DNA of 21,363 bases, counting the filler, from Candidatus Woesearchaeota archaeon B3_Woes (lineage in GTDB: Archaea > Nanobdellota > Nanobdellia > Woesearchaeales > B3-WOES), in assembly GCA_005222965.1 (NCBI GenBank). It is 3 parts of 3 records of this genome, joined end to end, with 100 filler letters (N's around TTAATTAATTAA, not from the genome) between each part and the next. Parts side by side here need not be neighbours in the genome. Positions count along the whole stretch, not along the records: positions 6,825 to 13,139 come from NJBG01000004.1; positions 13,240 to 21,363 come from NJBG01000002.1; 1 more part is not named here. One strand, written 5' to 3'. The position numbers were made by a program, and so were the translations under genes. Each line of letters starts with the position of its first letter. The stretch's first letter is position 1. This document shows, piece by piece, positions 8,715 to 17,015 of the stretch. The notes beneath the pieces are model-generated. The model worked only from the letters and a program-made list of their open reading frames with translations. It was not told where the DNA came from and ran no database searches.

Positions 8715-9677
8715 TTGACTGAACAAATTCCAACTAAATCAATAGTTGAGGGTGCATTTTTAGCCGCAATTACTGCCGTTTTATTTATTATTAGTATTTA
8801 TATTCCCTTACTAGGTACACTGGTAAGTTTTTTGTGCCCTCTCCCGATTATAATTTTATGTTTACGCCATAGCATAAAGTTTGCTATTATCGCAACTTTT
8901 ATATCAGGGATTTTGGTAACTATTTTAGCTGGTCCCCTGCAAGGGCTTATGGTGCTGTTAGGTTTTGGAATATTAGGGCTAACTTTAGGTTTTGGTATAA
9001 AAAAAGGATTATCTTTAACTGATATTATTATCATTGGAAGCATAGCTTCTCTTATTTCTAAAGGTTTAATCCTTTTAATCGGTTTTTGGGTTTTAGATCT
9101 CAACACCGTGTTATTTGACATAGAAGAAATAGATAAAATTATAACTCAATCTTTGAATTTTTATAGCAATATGGGACTATCTCCGGAACAATTAGCTTCC
9201 CTGAAAGATTCCCTAACTCAAACCATTAGTATTGTTAGAATAGCATTCCCGGGAATGATTATTCTTGCTTCAATTTTTGATACTATTTTAAATTACTGGG
9301 TAGCTCGCTTAATCTTAAGGAGATTTGGATATAAGTTAACGAACTTTACTTCCTTCTTTAACTGGAGAGCTTCCAAGTCTTTTTTTTGGAGTTATCTTTT
9401 AGGGATGGTATTGATAATTCTGGGAACAACTTATAAGATACCTCTTTTAAATAAAACTGGAATAAATATACAAGTTTTTTTTGCAGTGGTATTTTTGATT
9501 TATGGTCTTTCTTTAACCGGTTTTATATTAGAGCGGTTTAAAATTAAAAATTTTTTAAAGTGGGTTATATATATTCTGGTATGCTTTCAACCACTTTTAT
9601 CCCAAATTGTTACCTGGGCAGCCATGTTAGATATATGGATAGATTTTAGAAGATTACTTACTGCAAAAAAAGAATAA
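8715..9677 (+). CDS. yybS: YybS/DUF2232 family membrane protein
   Basis: TKSIVEGAFLAAITAVL...PLPIIIL..RH...DIWIDFRR with many hydrophobic segments. Lies between rpsR and rplI. Likely TTG start at 8715 after GAGG. Confidence 0.88.
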   Translation: MTEQIPTKSIVEGAFLAAITAVLFIISIYIPLLGTLVSFLCPLPIIILCLRHSIKFAIIATFISGILVTILAGPLQGLMVLLGFGILGLTLGFGIKKGLSLTDIIIIGSIASLISKGLILLIGFWVLDLNTVLFDIEEIDKIITQSLNFYSNMGLSPEQLASLKDSLTQTISIVRIAFPGMIILASIFDTILNYWVARLILRRFGYKLTNFTSFFNWRASKSFFWSYLLGMVLIILGTTYKIPLLNKTGINIQVFFAVVFLIYGLSLTGFILERFKIKNFLKWVIYILVCFQPLLSQIVTWAAMLDIWIDFRRLLTAKKE

Positions 9678-9682
9678 TTTGA

Positions 9683-10263
9683 TATATCGTATATCGTATA
9701 TCATATATCGTTTAGCAGCAGTTAGCTGGTTACCTGGTTAACTAGTTAAGAAAATAAAAGATAAAAATAAGTAGTCAGGAGCCAGAATCCAGGAGCCAGA
9801 AGATTATTAGCGTATAGCGGGTAGCGTTTAGAGTATAGTTATAGCGAAAAACGAAAAACGAAAAATGAAAAGCGCAAAGCGCAAAACTATATTCGTATCT
9901 CGTATCTCGTGAATCGTATCTCGCAAAAAAACAAATAATTAAAAATATTAAAAAATTAAAAAGTTATATGTTTGAATTTATTTTTCTTTCGAGATACTAG
10001 ATACGAGATACGAACAACGAAATTGTATCTCGTATCTCGCAGATAAGATAGAAGCCAGAAGACAGAATCCAGTATTCAGAATATTTTAGAATATAAGACT
10101 ATATTATCTTGTTAACTTATTTTATATTCTTCTGACTCGTGACTACTGACTCCTGAATTCTTAAATAATAATTATAGCTTTTCGCTTTAAGTTTTTAGTT
10201 ACATGCTGAAAACTGTCAACTGAGAACCTGTATTTGATGCTAACGACTATTCACTAACGACTA
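9683..10263 (+). repeat. Nested cluster of at least seven short tandem-array families
   Basis: TATATCG, GGTTA(G/C/A)CT, AG(G/A)A(G/T)CC, TAGCGTA, AAAA(A/G)CG, CGTATCT and CTAACGA arrays, several with inverted partners. Confidence 0.9.
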
Positions 10264-10270
10264 ATAAATG

Positions 10271-10299
10271 TTGCTAAAATTGATGGAAGAATTTATAAT
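10271..10299 (+). promoter_or_regulatory. Putative sigma70 promoter for rplI-dnaB
   Basis: TTGCTA-17 nt-TATAAT. Confidence 0.5.
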
Positions 10300-10330
10300 A
10301 AATAGAGAATAGAGCAGGGAGGCTTAGAAT

Positions 10331-10816
10331 ATGAAAATAATTTTAAAGCAAAATATTGAAAAAATTGGACAAGTAGGAGATGTAGTTGAAGTAAGCAACG
10401 GCTTTGCCCGTAATTTCTTGATTCCTCAAGGCAAAGCAATTTCTTTTACCATAGGTAATTTTAAACAAGTAGAATATTTAAAGAAACGAGAAATAGAACA
10501 AAAAGAGGGGGAGTTGAAGGAAGTTAAGGAATTAGCAGAGAAAATTAATAATATTTCCATGGAAATTAAAGTTAAAGCCGGGGAAGAAGGGAAGCTTTTC
10601 GGTTCTGTAACAAGCAAAGATATTGTTGAAACTCTGTTAAAGGAACACGGAATTGAATTAGACAAAAAGAAACTTAATTTAAAAGAATCCTTAAAAAAAT
10701 TGGGTGTTCATACTGTATCGGTTAACTTATATAAAGATATAACTCCTCAAATTAAAGTTAATTTAATTTCTGATTCTGCATCTGAGCAGAAAGCAGAGGT
10801 AATAAAAAAAGAATAA
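10331..10816 (+). CDS. rplI: 50S ribosomal protein L9
   Basis: MKIILKQ...GDVVEVSNGFARNFLIPQGKA...GKLFGSVTSKDI. Confidence 0.97.
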   Translation: MKIILKQNIEKIGQVGDVVEVSNGFARNFLIPQGKAISFTIGNFKQVEYLKKREIEQKEGELKEVKELAEKINNISMEIKVKAGEEGKLFGSVTSKDIVETLLKEHGIELDKKKLNLKESLKKLGVHTVSVNLYKDITPQIKVNLISDSASEQKAEVIKKE

Positions 10817-10845
10817 TTTAGTATATAGTATATGGTTACCGTATA

Positions 10846-10958
10846 TAGCGAAAAACGAAAAGCGCAAAACGTAAAACTATAACTAAAAATTAAAAATTTA
10901 GAAAAAAGTTTTGAGTTTTGAATTATGGTTTTTCACTTTTAGCCTTAACTTTTTAGTT
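10846..10958 (+). mobile_element. Empty inverted-array mini-element (TAGCGAAAAA...TTTTTAGTT)
   Basis: Two ~53-nt imperfect inverted arms separated by ~6 nt. 10906-10934 is a 29/29 reverse-complement match to 17752-17780. Confidence 0.7.
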
Positions 10959-10966
10959 GTTATACC

Positions 10967-11029
10967 GAAAACTGTCAACTGAAAACCTGTATTTAATGCT
11001 AACGACTAACGACTATCCACTATCGACTA
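10967..11029 (+). repeat. Direct repeat of 10208-10263
   Basis: GAAAACTGTCAACTGA(A/G)AACCTGTATTT(A/G)ATGCTAACGACTA is 40/42 identical between the copies. Confidence 0.9.
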
Positions 11030-11049
11030 TTTAACAGGGAGAAAAGCAA

Positions 11050-12381
11050 ATGGAATTAGGCAGGAATCCTCCACAAAATATTAGTGCAGAACAGGCTGCT
11101 TTAGGTTCAATGTTGCTTCAGGAAGATGCCATTTTACATGGTGTGGATATTTTAAGACCTGAAGATTTTTACAAAAAATCTCACCAGATTATCTTTAAGT
11201 GTATTCTTGAATTGTTTGAAAAGAGCAGTGGTGTTGATTTAGTTACTTTAACTGAGGAATTAAATAGGGTAAATTTATTAGAAGAGATCGGGGGAGTTAC
11301 CTACCTAACTAATCTAATTAATAGTGTCCCTACTGCAGCAAATGTTGAGTACTACATTAAAATTATCGAAGAAAAATCTATTTTACGTAACTTAATTAAT
11401 AGTGCTACTAAAATTATTTCTATGGGGTATGAAGAAAAAGAAGATGCCAAAGTTTTACTGGATAAAGCAGAACATTTAGTATTCGAAATATCACAGAGAA
11501 ATATAAGGCAATCTTTTGTTCCTATTAAGGAGCTAATTACGGATAGTTATGAAAAAATTGAAGACCTATATCACCGGGAAGAATTTATTACCGGAGTTTC
11601 CAGTGGATTTGACGAATTTGATGAAATTACTACTGGTTTTCAACCTTCTGAGTTTATAGTCATTGCTGGAAGACCTGCTATGGGTAAGACAGCATTTTGT
11701 ATGAGTATTGCTCAATATGCAAGCATATCCAAAAATACACCGGTAGCAATTTTTAGTTTAGAGATGTCAAAGTCTCAATTAGTGCAAAGGATGCTTTGTT
11801 CAGAAGCTCGGATTGATGCCCATAATTTAAGAAAAGGACGATTAGCGGAAAAAGATTGGGCTCCACTTTCTATGGCAGCTGGTCGGTTAGCTTCTGCTCC
11901 CATTTTTATTGATGATACAGCCGGGATTACTTGTTTAGAAATAAAAGCTAAGGCCAGGCGTCTAAAAGCTCAATACAATCTTGGTTTAGTAATTATAGAT
12001 TATTTACAGCTTATTTCAAGTTCCGGCAGAATAGAAAATAGACAGCAGGAGATTTCAGAAATTTCTCGTTCTCTTAAAGGTCTGGCCAGAGAATTAAATG
12101 TCCCGGTAATTGCAGTTTCCCAATTATCCAGAGCAGTAGAACAGAGAATTGAAAGAAGACCCCGTCTTTCTGATTTACGAGAAAGTGGTGCTATTGAACA
12201 GGATGCTGACTTAGTAGTTTTTATATACCGAGAAGAATACTACAAACCTAAGACGGAAAAAAAGAGAATTGCTGAGGTAATTATTAGCAAACAGAGAAAC
12301 GGGCCAACAGGTAAGGTGGAATTAACCTTTATAAAGGAATATGCTAAATTTGAAAATTTAGCCCGTATTTCTGAAGAATAA
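11050..12381 (+). CDS. dnaB: Replicative DNA helicase
   Basis: PPQNISAEQAALG, Walker A GRPAMGKT, IIDYLQL, SQLSR and SDLRESGAIEQDAD; no intein. Confidence 0.98.
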   Translation: MELGRNPPQNISAEQAALGSMLLQEDAILHGVDILRPEDFYKKSHQIIFKCILELFEKSSGVDLVTLTEELNRVNLLEEIGGVTYLTNLINSVPTAANVEYYIKIIEEKSILRNLINSATKIISMGYEEKEDAKVLLDKAEHLVFEISQRNIRQSFVPIKELITDSYEKIEDLYHREEFITGVSSGFDEFDEITTGFQPSEFIVIAGRPAMGKTAFCMSIAQYASISKNTPVAIFSLEMSKSQLVQRMLCSEARIDAHNLRKGRLAEKDWAPLSMAAGRLASAPIFIDDTAGITCLEIKAKARRLKAQYNLGLVIIDYLQLISSSGRIENRQQEISEISRSLKGLARELNVPVIAVSQLSRAVEQRIERRPRLSDLRESGAIEQDADLVVFIYREEYYKPKTEKKRIAEVIISKQRNGPTGKVELTFIKEYAKFENLARISEE

Positions 12382-12533
12382 TTATTTAATAATAACAAAA
12401 TAATAAGTTAGTGTAAACTTTAATGGGGTAGTTAGATAGAAAGAAGAATGCTACTTTTTCTATCTTTTCTTTCGCTTTCTTAGCTCAATACTCAATACGA
12501 ATTTATTCTAATTTCTGGTTTATATTATCTTTA

Positions 12534-12566
12534 CGAGATACGATTCACGAGATACGAGATACGAAT
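12534..12566 (-). repeat. CGTATCT-type heptamer array, exact inverted copy of 9891-9923
   Basis: CGAGATACGATTCACGAGATACGAGATACGAAT is the reverse complement of ATTCGTATCTCGTATCTCGTGAATCGTATCTCG. Confidence 0.9.
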
Positions 12567-12573
12567 CAAGTTA

Positions 12574-12602
12574 TTGACAGGTAGTAAAAAATATAGTAAC
12601 AT
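12574..12602 (+). promoter_or_regulatory. Sigma70 promoter for the tRNA cluster
   Basis: TTGACA-17 nt-TAACAT ending 36 nt upstream of tRNA-Lys. Confidence 0.65.
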
Positions 12603-12638
12603 TTAGAAGCAAAAATTCTTTAATTTTAAATATTTTTA

Positions 12639-12711
12639 GGGCCGTTAGCTCAGTTGGTAGAGCATCTGACTCTTAATCAGAGGGTCGCAGGTTCGAAACC
12701 TGCACGGCCCA
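12639..12711 (+). tRNA. tRNA-Lys(CTT), CCA not encoded
   Basis: Acceptor stem GGGCCGT/ACGGCCC; anticodon arm TCTGA-CTCTTAA-TCAGA; T loop TTCGAAA. Confidence 0.96.
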
Positions 12712-12719
12712 TCGAAAAT

Positions 12720-12794
12720 GCCCCCATCGTCTAGGGGACAGGACACCGCCCTTTCACGGCGGCGACAGGGGTTCAAATCCCCTTGGGGGCACCA
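12720..12794 (+). tRNA. tRNA-Glu(TTC)
   Basis: GCCCCCA/TGGGGGC; CCGCC-CTTTCAC-GGCGG; TTCAAAT; ACCA. Confidence 0.95.
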
Positions 12795-12814
12795 ATTGAT
12801 TTATTGTAAAAAAT

Positions 12815-12890
12815 GGGCGGATAGCTCAGTTGGCAGAGCACCTGCTTCACATGTAGGGGGTCACAGGTTCAAGTCCTGTTCCGCCTACCA
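12815..12890 (+). tRNA. tRNA-Val(CAC)
   Basis: GGGCGGA/TCCGCCT; CCTGC-TTCACAT-GTAGG; TTCAAGT; ACCA. Confidence 0.95.
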
Positions 12891-12910
12891 TTTTTTTATA
12901 AGGATATGAT

Positions 12911-12986
12911 GCCGGCGTAGCTCAATTGGAAGAGCAACGGAATCGTAATCCGTAGGTTGTCTGTTCAACTCAGATCGCCGGCTCCA
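12911..12986 (+). tRNA. tRNA-Thr(CGT)
   Basis: GCCGGCG/CGCCGGC; ACGGA-ATCGTAA-TCCGT; TTCAACT; TCCA. Confidence 0.92.
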
Positions 12987-12993
12987 AATGATA

Positions 12994-13134
12994 GTATCGC
13001 GTATCGCGTATCGAGTATTGCGTTAAAATACAGGAAAAATTAGTAGGGGCAGACCTCGTGTCTGCCCGTAATAAGTAATGAGTTTATGATCTTAAATTTA
13101 TAAAAATAGGTTACTTGTCACACATTACATATTA
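12994..13134 (+). repeat. Second copy of the 7076-7182 repeat, interrupted by a REP-like palindrome
   Basis: CGTATCGAGTAT(T/C)GCGT(T/C)AAAATACAG and AGTTTATGATCTTAA...AGGTTACTTGTCACACATTACATATTA are shared. Confidence 0.88.
13043..13067 (+). repeat. GTAG-family REP-like palindrome
   Basis: GTAG + GGGCAGAC-CTCGT-GTCTGCCC (perfect 8-bp stem). Confidence 0.75.
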
Positions 13135-13139
13135 AAAAA

Positions 13140-13239
13140 NNNNNNNNNNNNNNNNNNNNNNNNNNNNNNNNNNNNNNNNNNNNTTAATTAATTAANNNNN
13201 NNNNNNNNNNNNNNNNNNNNNNNNNNNNNNNNNNNNNNN
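13140..13239. other. Artificial contig linker
   Basis: 44 N + TTAATTAATTAA + 44 N, same as 6725-6824. Confidence 0.97.
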
Positions 13240-13263
13240 ATCACTTCCTATCGCTATCTTCAT
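13240..13263 (-). CDS. rpiB: Ribose-5-phosphate isomerase B, first 8 codons only (truncated by the contig edge)
   Basis: MKIAIGSD with SD GGTGAG, directly downstream of the LMW phosphatase as in the conserved ywlE-rpiB order. Confidence 0.75.
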
Positions 13264-13280
13264 CTAATATCTCACCACCA

Positions 13281-13784
13281 TTATTTATTATTTTCTTCAA
13301 GAATTTTATCTAATATCTTTTCTAAGTTTTCTTTCAACTCTCTTGCTACAATTCGATAAAATTCTATAGGTCTACCAAGAGGGTCAACTATTTCATAGTT
13401 CTCGTTAGTTTTTTGTATACTTTTAAATTCGCCAATCTGAGCAAATTCTTTAATCAAATAAATTTTATCTTGAGCAAAGGTAAATTTTGTTCTAATATAA
13501 TCTTTATGTGTATTGGACATAACCAAAATTATATCTGCCTTTTTAACCAAATCTTCTTGTACTTGGGTGGCTATTTGTCGCGAAATATCAACACCTTGCT
13601 CAACCATAACCTTAATTGCTTCAGAAGTGGGTCGCATACCCTGCAGAGCAAAAATTCCAGCTGATATAATATTAAATCTGGTATCATCCTCTGTTCTTTC
13701 TTTTAACATTTTTTTAAATATACCTTCCGCCATAGCGCTTCGGCAGGTATTACCGGTACAGATAAATAAGATGGTTTTGATCAT
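13281..13784 (-). CDS. Low-molecular-weight protein (arginine/tyrosine) phosphatase, YwlE-like
   Basis: ILFICTGNTCRSAMAE P-loop and DPLG acid loop; lies between prmC and rpiB. Confidence 0.92.
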   Translation of the reverse strand: MIKTILFICTGNTCRSAMAEGIFKKMLKERTEDDTRFNIISAGIFALQGMRPTSEAIKVMVEQGVDISRQIATQVQEDLVKKADIILVMSNTHKDYIRTKFTFAQDKIYLIKEFAQIGEFKSIQKTNENYEIVDPLGRPIEFYRIVARELKENLEKILDKILEENNK

Positions 13785-13854
13785 TTTAAATTACCTTTAT
13801 CCTTTGGCAATATAATTGCAACATACTTAATGACTTAATTTTTCACACCTTCTA

Positions 13855-14117
13855 AACTAAAAAACTTAAAGCGAAAAGCGCAAAACCATAATTTAAAATT
13901 CAAAACTTTTTATTTCGTATCGTATGATGTTTATTGCGTATTGCGTTTGAATTTGTTTTTATAGATTATTCTATTCATTTCTAAGGTTCGGTAAACGGAC
14001 CACTATTAAACTAAAACGTATAATTATAAGCGATAAACGTAATTTAAAACTTAAAAATTTCCTCAATTTTAAATTTTGAGCTATAGCTTTGCGTTTTGCG
14101 CTTTTCTTTTTTCGCTA
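13855..14117 (-). mobile_element. Inverted-array mini-element (TAGCGAAAAA...TTTTTAGTT) with ~150-nt decayed interior
   Basis: Arms 13855-13909 and ~14065-14117 resemble those at 10846-10958 and 17728-18006. A TAGCGTA array lies at 14120-14154. Confidence 0.7.
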
Positions 14118-14159
14118 AATACTCTATACGCTATACGCTAAACGCTCTACGCTAGTTAT

Positions 14160-15046
14160 TTATTTTCTGTATGCTATTACTACTCTCTCTATCCCCAAAT
14201 AATCATTTATAACTTCTATATTTTGATTAAAGCTATTCTCTCTAATAATTAATTCTTCAACTATTTTCGACTGATTTATACCTACTTCTAATGCTATAAA
14301 ACCGCTTTTTTTTAAATAATAAGGGCTTTTCTTTATAATTTTGCGATAATAATCTAAACCGTCAATTCCTCCAGATAAAGCAATCTTAGGTTCATTATCT
14401 TTTATTTCGGGTGGCAATAATTTAAAATTGTAAGAATCTATATAAGGAGGATTTGAAATAATTCCATCTAAGCTGTTTTTTTCAATTCTACCGATAAAAG
14501 GTTCAAATAAGTCTCCCTGTAGAAATATAATTTTATCTTTACTATCATGTTTTTGAGTATTTTTTAATGCTACTTGCAAAGATTTTTTAGAAATATCGGT
14601 TGCGTAGATGATAATATTTTCTATAAATTTAGCTATACTTATAGCAATTATACCTGTACCGGTTCCTAAATCTACTACCTTTAAATTATTAGAATATTTA
14701 TAATTTTTTAATCTTTTGATAACTTCGTCTACTAAAATCTCTGTTTCCGGTCGAGGGATTAAAACTCCTTTTTCTACCAAAAAATCCATCCCCATAAATT
14801 CTTGATGTTTAGTTATATATTGGAGGGGAATTTTATCTATTCTTTTTTGAATCTTTTTCCCTAATTGTTTTTTTTCTATATCTTTTAATATTCTTTCAGA
14901 ATTCAAATATATTTCACTTCTGCTCATTCCTAGAAAATAATTTAATAGAATTTCCGCTTCTCTTCCTGGATTTATTATTCCCTTATTTTTAAATATTTTA
15001 CGAATATTTTTTAAGGCTTGCCCTACAGTTTGAAATTTATACTCAT
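14160..15046 (-). CDS. prmC: Release factor glutamine methyltransferase; start uncertain (first in-frame ATG 14927, out-of-frame ATG 15046)
   Basis: LIPRPETE, DLGTGTG and NPPY motifs. The N-terminal domain FQTVGQAL...GREAEILL is encoded in frame upstream of 14927. Confidence 0.9.
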
Positions 15047-15059
15047 TTACCCCATTATT

Positions 15060-16118
15060 TTATACTTCGCTGCTCTTTTTTAATTTTTCTGAAAGATTGA
15101 CTACCAAATCATTTAAATTTCCTTCTAATACTTCTTCTAAATTATGTAAATTTAAACCAATACGATGATCGGTTATTCTATTTTGAGGGAAATTATAAGT
15201 TCTAATTCTTTCACTTCTATCTCCTGTGCCCACCTGGCTTTTTCTCTTCTTAGCAAGCTCATTATGTTTTTCTCTTTCTGCCATATCTAAAAGCCTTGCT
15301 CTTAATATTTTTAAAGCCTTAGCTTTGTTCTTATGTTGGGATTTCTCATCCTGGCAGGTGACTACCAATCCGGTGGGAATATGGGTAATCCTTATTGCTG
15401 AATCTGTAGTATTAACGCTTTGCCCTCCAGGACCGGTAGAACGAAAACGGTCAATTTTTAAATCATTTGGACTAATTTCCAGTTCTACCTCTTCTACCTC
15501 AGGAAGTATAGCCACCGTAACAGTTGAAGTATGTATCCTTCCGCTTGATTCGGTAACAGGAACACGTTGAACTCGATGTACTCCACTCTCGTGTTTTAAC
15601 TTTCCGTATACTTCTTTTCCTATTATGTCAAATATTATCTCTTTAAATCCTCCGATTCCGGTAGGACTAGAACTCATTACTTCAGTTTTCCATCCATTAT
15701 TTTCTGCAAATCGAGAATACATTCTAAAAAGGTCACCGGCAAAAAGTGCAGCTTCGTCACCTCCGGCGCCAGCTCTTACTTCTACTATGCAATTTTTTTT
15801 ATCGTAAGGGTCTTTGGGGAAGATAATTTCTTTTAACTCAATTTCTAAATTTGATTTCTTCTCTTTTAATTTTTCTAATTCTTCATTTATTAATTTTTTA
15901 AATTCTACATCTTTTTCTTTTGGTAATAATTTTGAATTTTCATCAATCTCTTCTATTATGCCCTTATATTCCTTGTATTTTAAAACTGCTTTAGAAATAT
16001 CAGAGTGCAACTTTGCACATTTCTGAAATTCAACTTGATTAGCAATAATTTTTGGGTCAGAAAGATCTTTATTCAATTCTTCGTATTTTTTCTCTAATTC
16101 TTCTAATTTTTCAAACAT
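15060..16118 (-). CDS. prfA: Peptide chain release factor 1
   Basis: GGQ motif, RF1-specific PVT ([10 protein letters not shown]), [17 protein letters not shown]. Confidence 0.98.
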   Translation of the reverse strand: MFEKLEELEKKYEELNKDLSDPKIIANQVEFQKCAKLHSDISKAVLKYKEYKGIIEEIDENSKLLPKEKDVEFKKLINEELEKLKEKKSNLEIELKEIIFPKDPYDKKNCIVEVRAGAGGDEAALFAGDLFRMYSRFAENNGWKTEVMSSSPTGIGGFKEIIFDIIGKEVYGKLKHESGVHRVQRVPVTESSGRIHTSTVTVAILPEVEEVELEISPNDLKIDRFRSTGPGGQSVNTTDSAIRITHIPTGLVVTCQDEKSQHKNKAKALKILRARLLDMAEREKHNELAKKRKSQVGTGDRSERIRTYNFPQNRITDHRIGLNLHNLEEVLEGNLNDLVVNLSEKLKKSSEV

Positions 16119-17013
16119 TATTTACCACTTCAGATTTTATATTTTTATTTTCTTCGGGCAAAACACCTTTTAATGCGTTTATAGCCACCTCAATCTGAGC
16201 ATCATCAGGTTCGCTGGTAGTGAGTTTTTGAAACCATAATCCGGGCATCACCGCCCATTTTACAAAAGTTTTATTCATGTTTTTTGCTGATAATTTTAAA
16301 ATTTCATAAGACAAACCGGCTATTAGAGGAATTATAGCAATTCTATAGGCTATTCTTAAAAGCAATGTTTGCTTCCCCAGCAAAGAAAATACTAAAATAC
16401 TTATTACTAAAACTATAAAAATAAAGCTTGTTCCACATCGAGGATGTAAAGTACTGTATTTTTTCACATTAATTATGTTAAGTTCTTCGCCTGATTCATA
16501 GGTATATATCACTTTATGTTCTGCTCCATGATATTCAAACACTCTTTTAATATCTTTTATTTTAGATATAAAAAACAGATAAGTTATAAATATTCCAATT
16601 CTTAACATTCCTTCGAACAAATTATATACAATTAAATTAGCAAGATATTTATCTAAGTATCTAGCTATTGCCGTAGGAAAAGCTATGAAAAAAACTATAA
16701 ATAGCCCAAAAGCAATTAGAATTGTAAAAAACATTTCTACGCTATTTATTTTTTCTTCTTCACCTGTTGCCTGTTCTGCAGAATAAGTTAATGCCTTCAA
16801 ACCAAGAACCAAAGACTCAATTAAATTAATTATTCCTCTAAAAATAGGCCATTTAAGAAATTTCATCTTATTGGATAATGATTTTAATTTACCTATTTTT
16901 AAAATTATTTCTTTATCTGGTTTACGAACAGCAATGGCATATTTTAAAGGAGATCTCATCATTACTCCTTCAATTACCGCTTGACCACCATAATTACAGT
17001 CAGCATTTTTCAT
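16111..17013 (-). CDS. DUF1385 membrane protein (putative metal-dependent)
   Basis: [29 protein letters not shown] and LTTSEP motifs. Confidence 0.93.
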   Translation of the reverse strand: MKNADCNYGGQAVIEGVMMRSPLKYAIAVRKPDKEIILKIGKLKSLSNKMKFLKWPIFRGIINLIESLVLGLKALTYSAEQATGEEEKINSVEMFFTILIAFGLFIVFFIAFPTAIARYLDKYLANLIVYNLFEGMLRIGIFITYLFFISKIKDIKRVFEYHGAEHKVIYTYESGEELNIINVKKYSTLHPRCGTSFIFIVLVISILVFSLLGKQTLLLRIAYRIAIIPLIAGLSYEILKLSAKNMNKTFVKWAVMPGLWFQKLTTSEPDDAQIEVAINALKGVLPEENKNIKSEVVNNV

Positions 17014-17015
17014 TA

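Noticed and set aside
9968..9990. ATG TTT GAA TTT (MFEF) inside a CGTATCT inverted pair as another four-helix-bundle start
   Set aside because: Four codons in AT-rich DNA are too little evidence
9683..10263. Possible CRISPR array
   Set aside because: Units are 7-8 nt and tandem, with no constant 25-40-nt repeat, no unique spacers and no cas genes
11050..12381. Intein in DnaB
   Set aside because: 443 aa with contiguous helicase motifs leaves no room for an insertion
12718..12909. 63-aa ORF
   Set aside because: It overlaps tRNA-Glu and tRNA-Val; a shadow ORF
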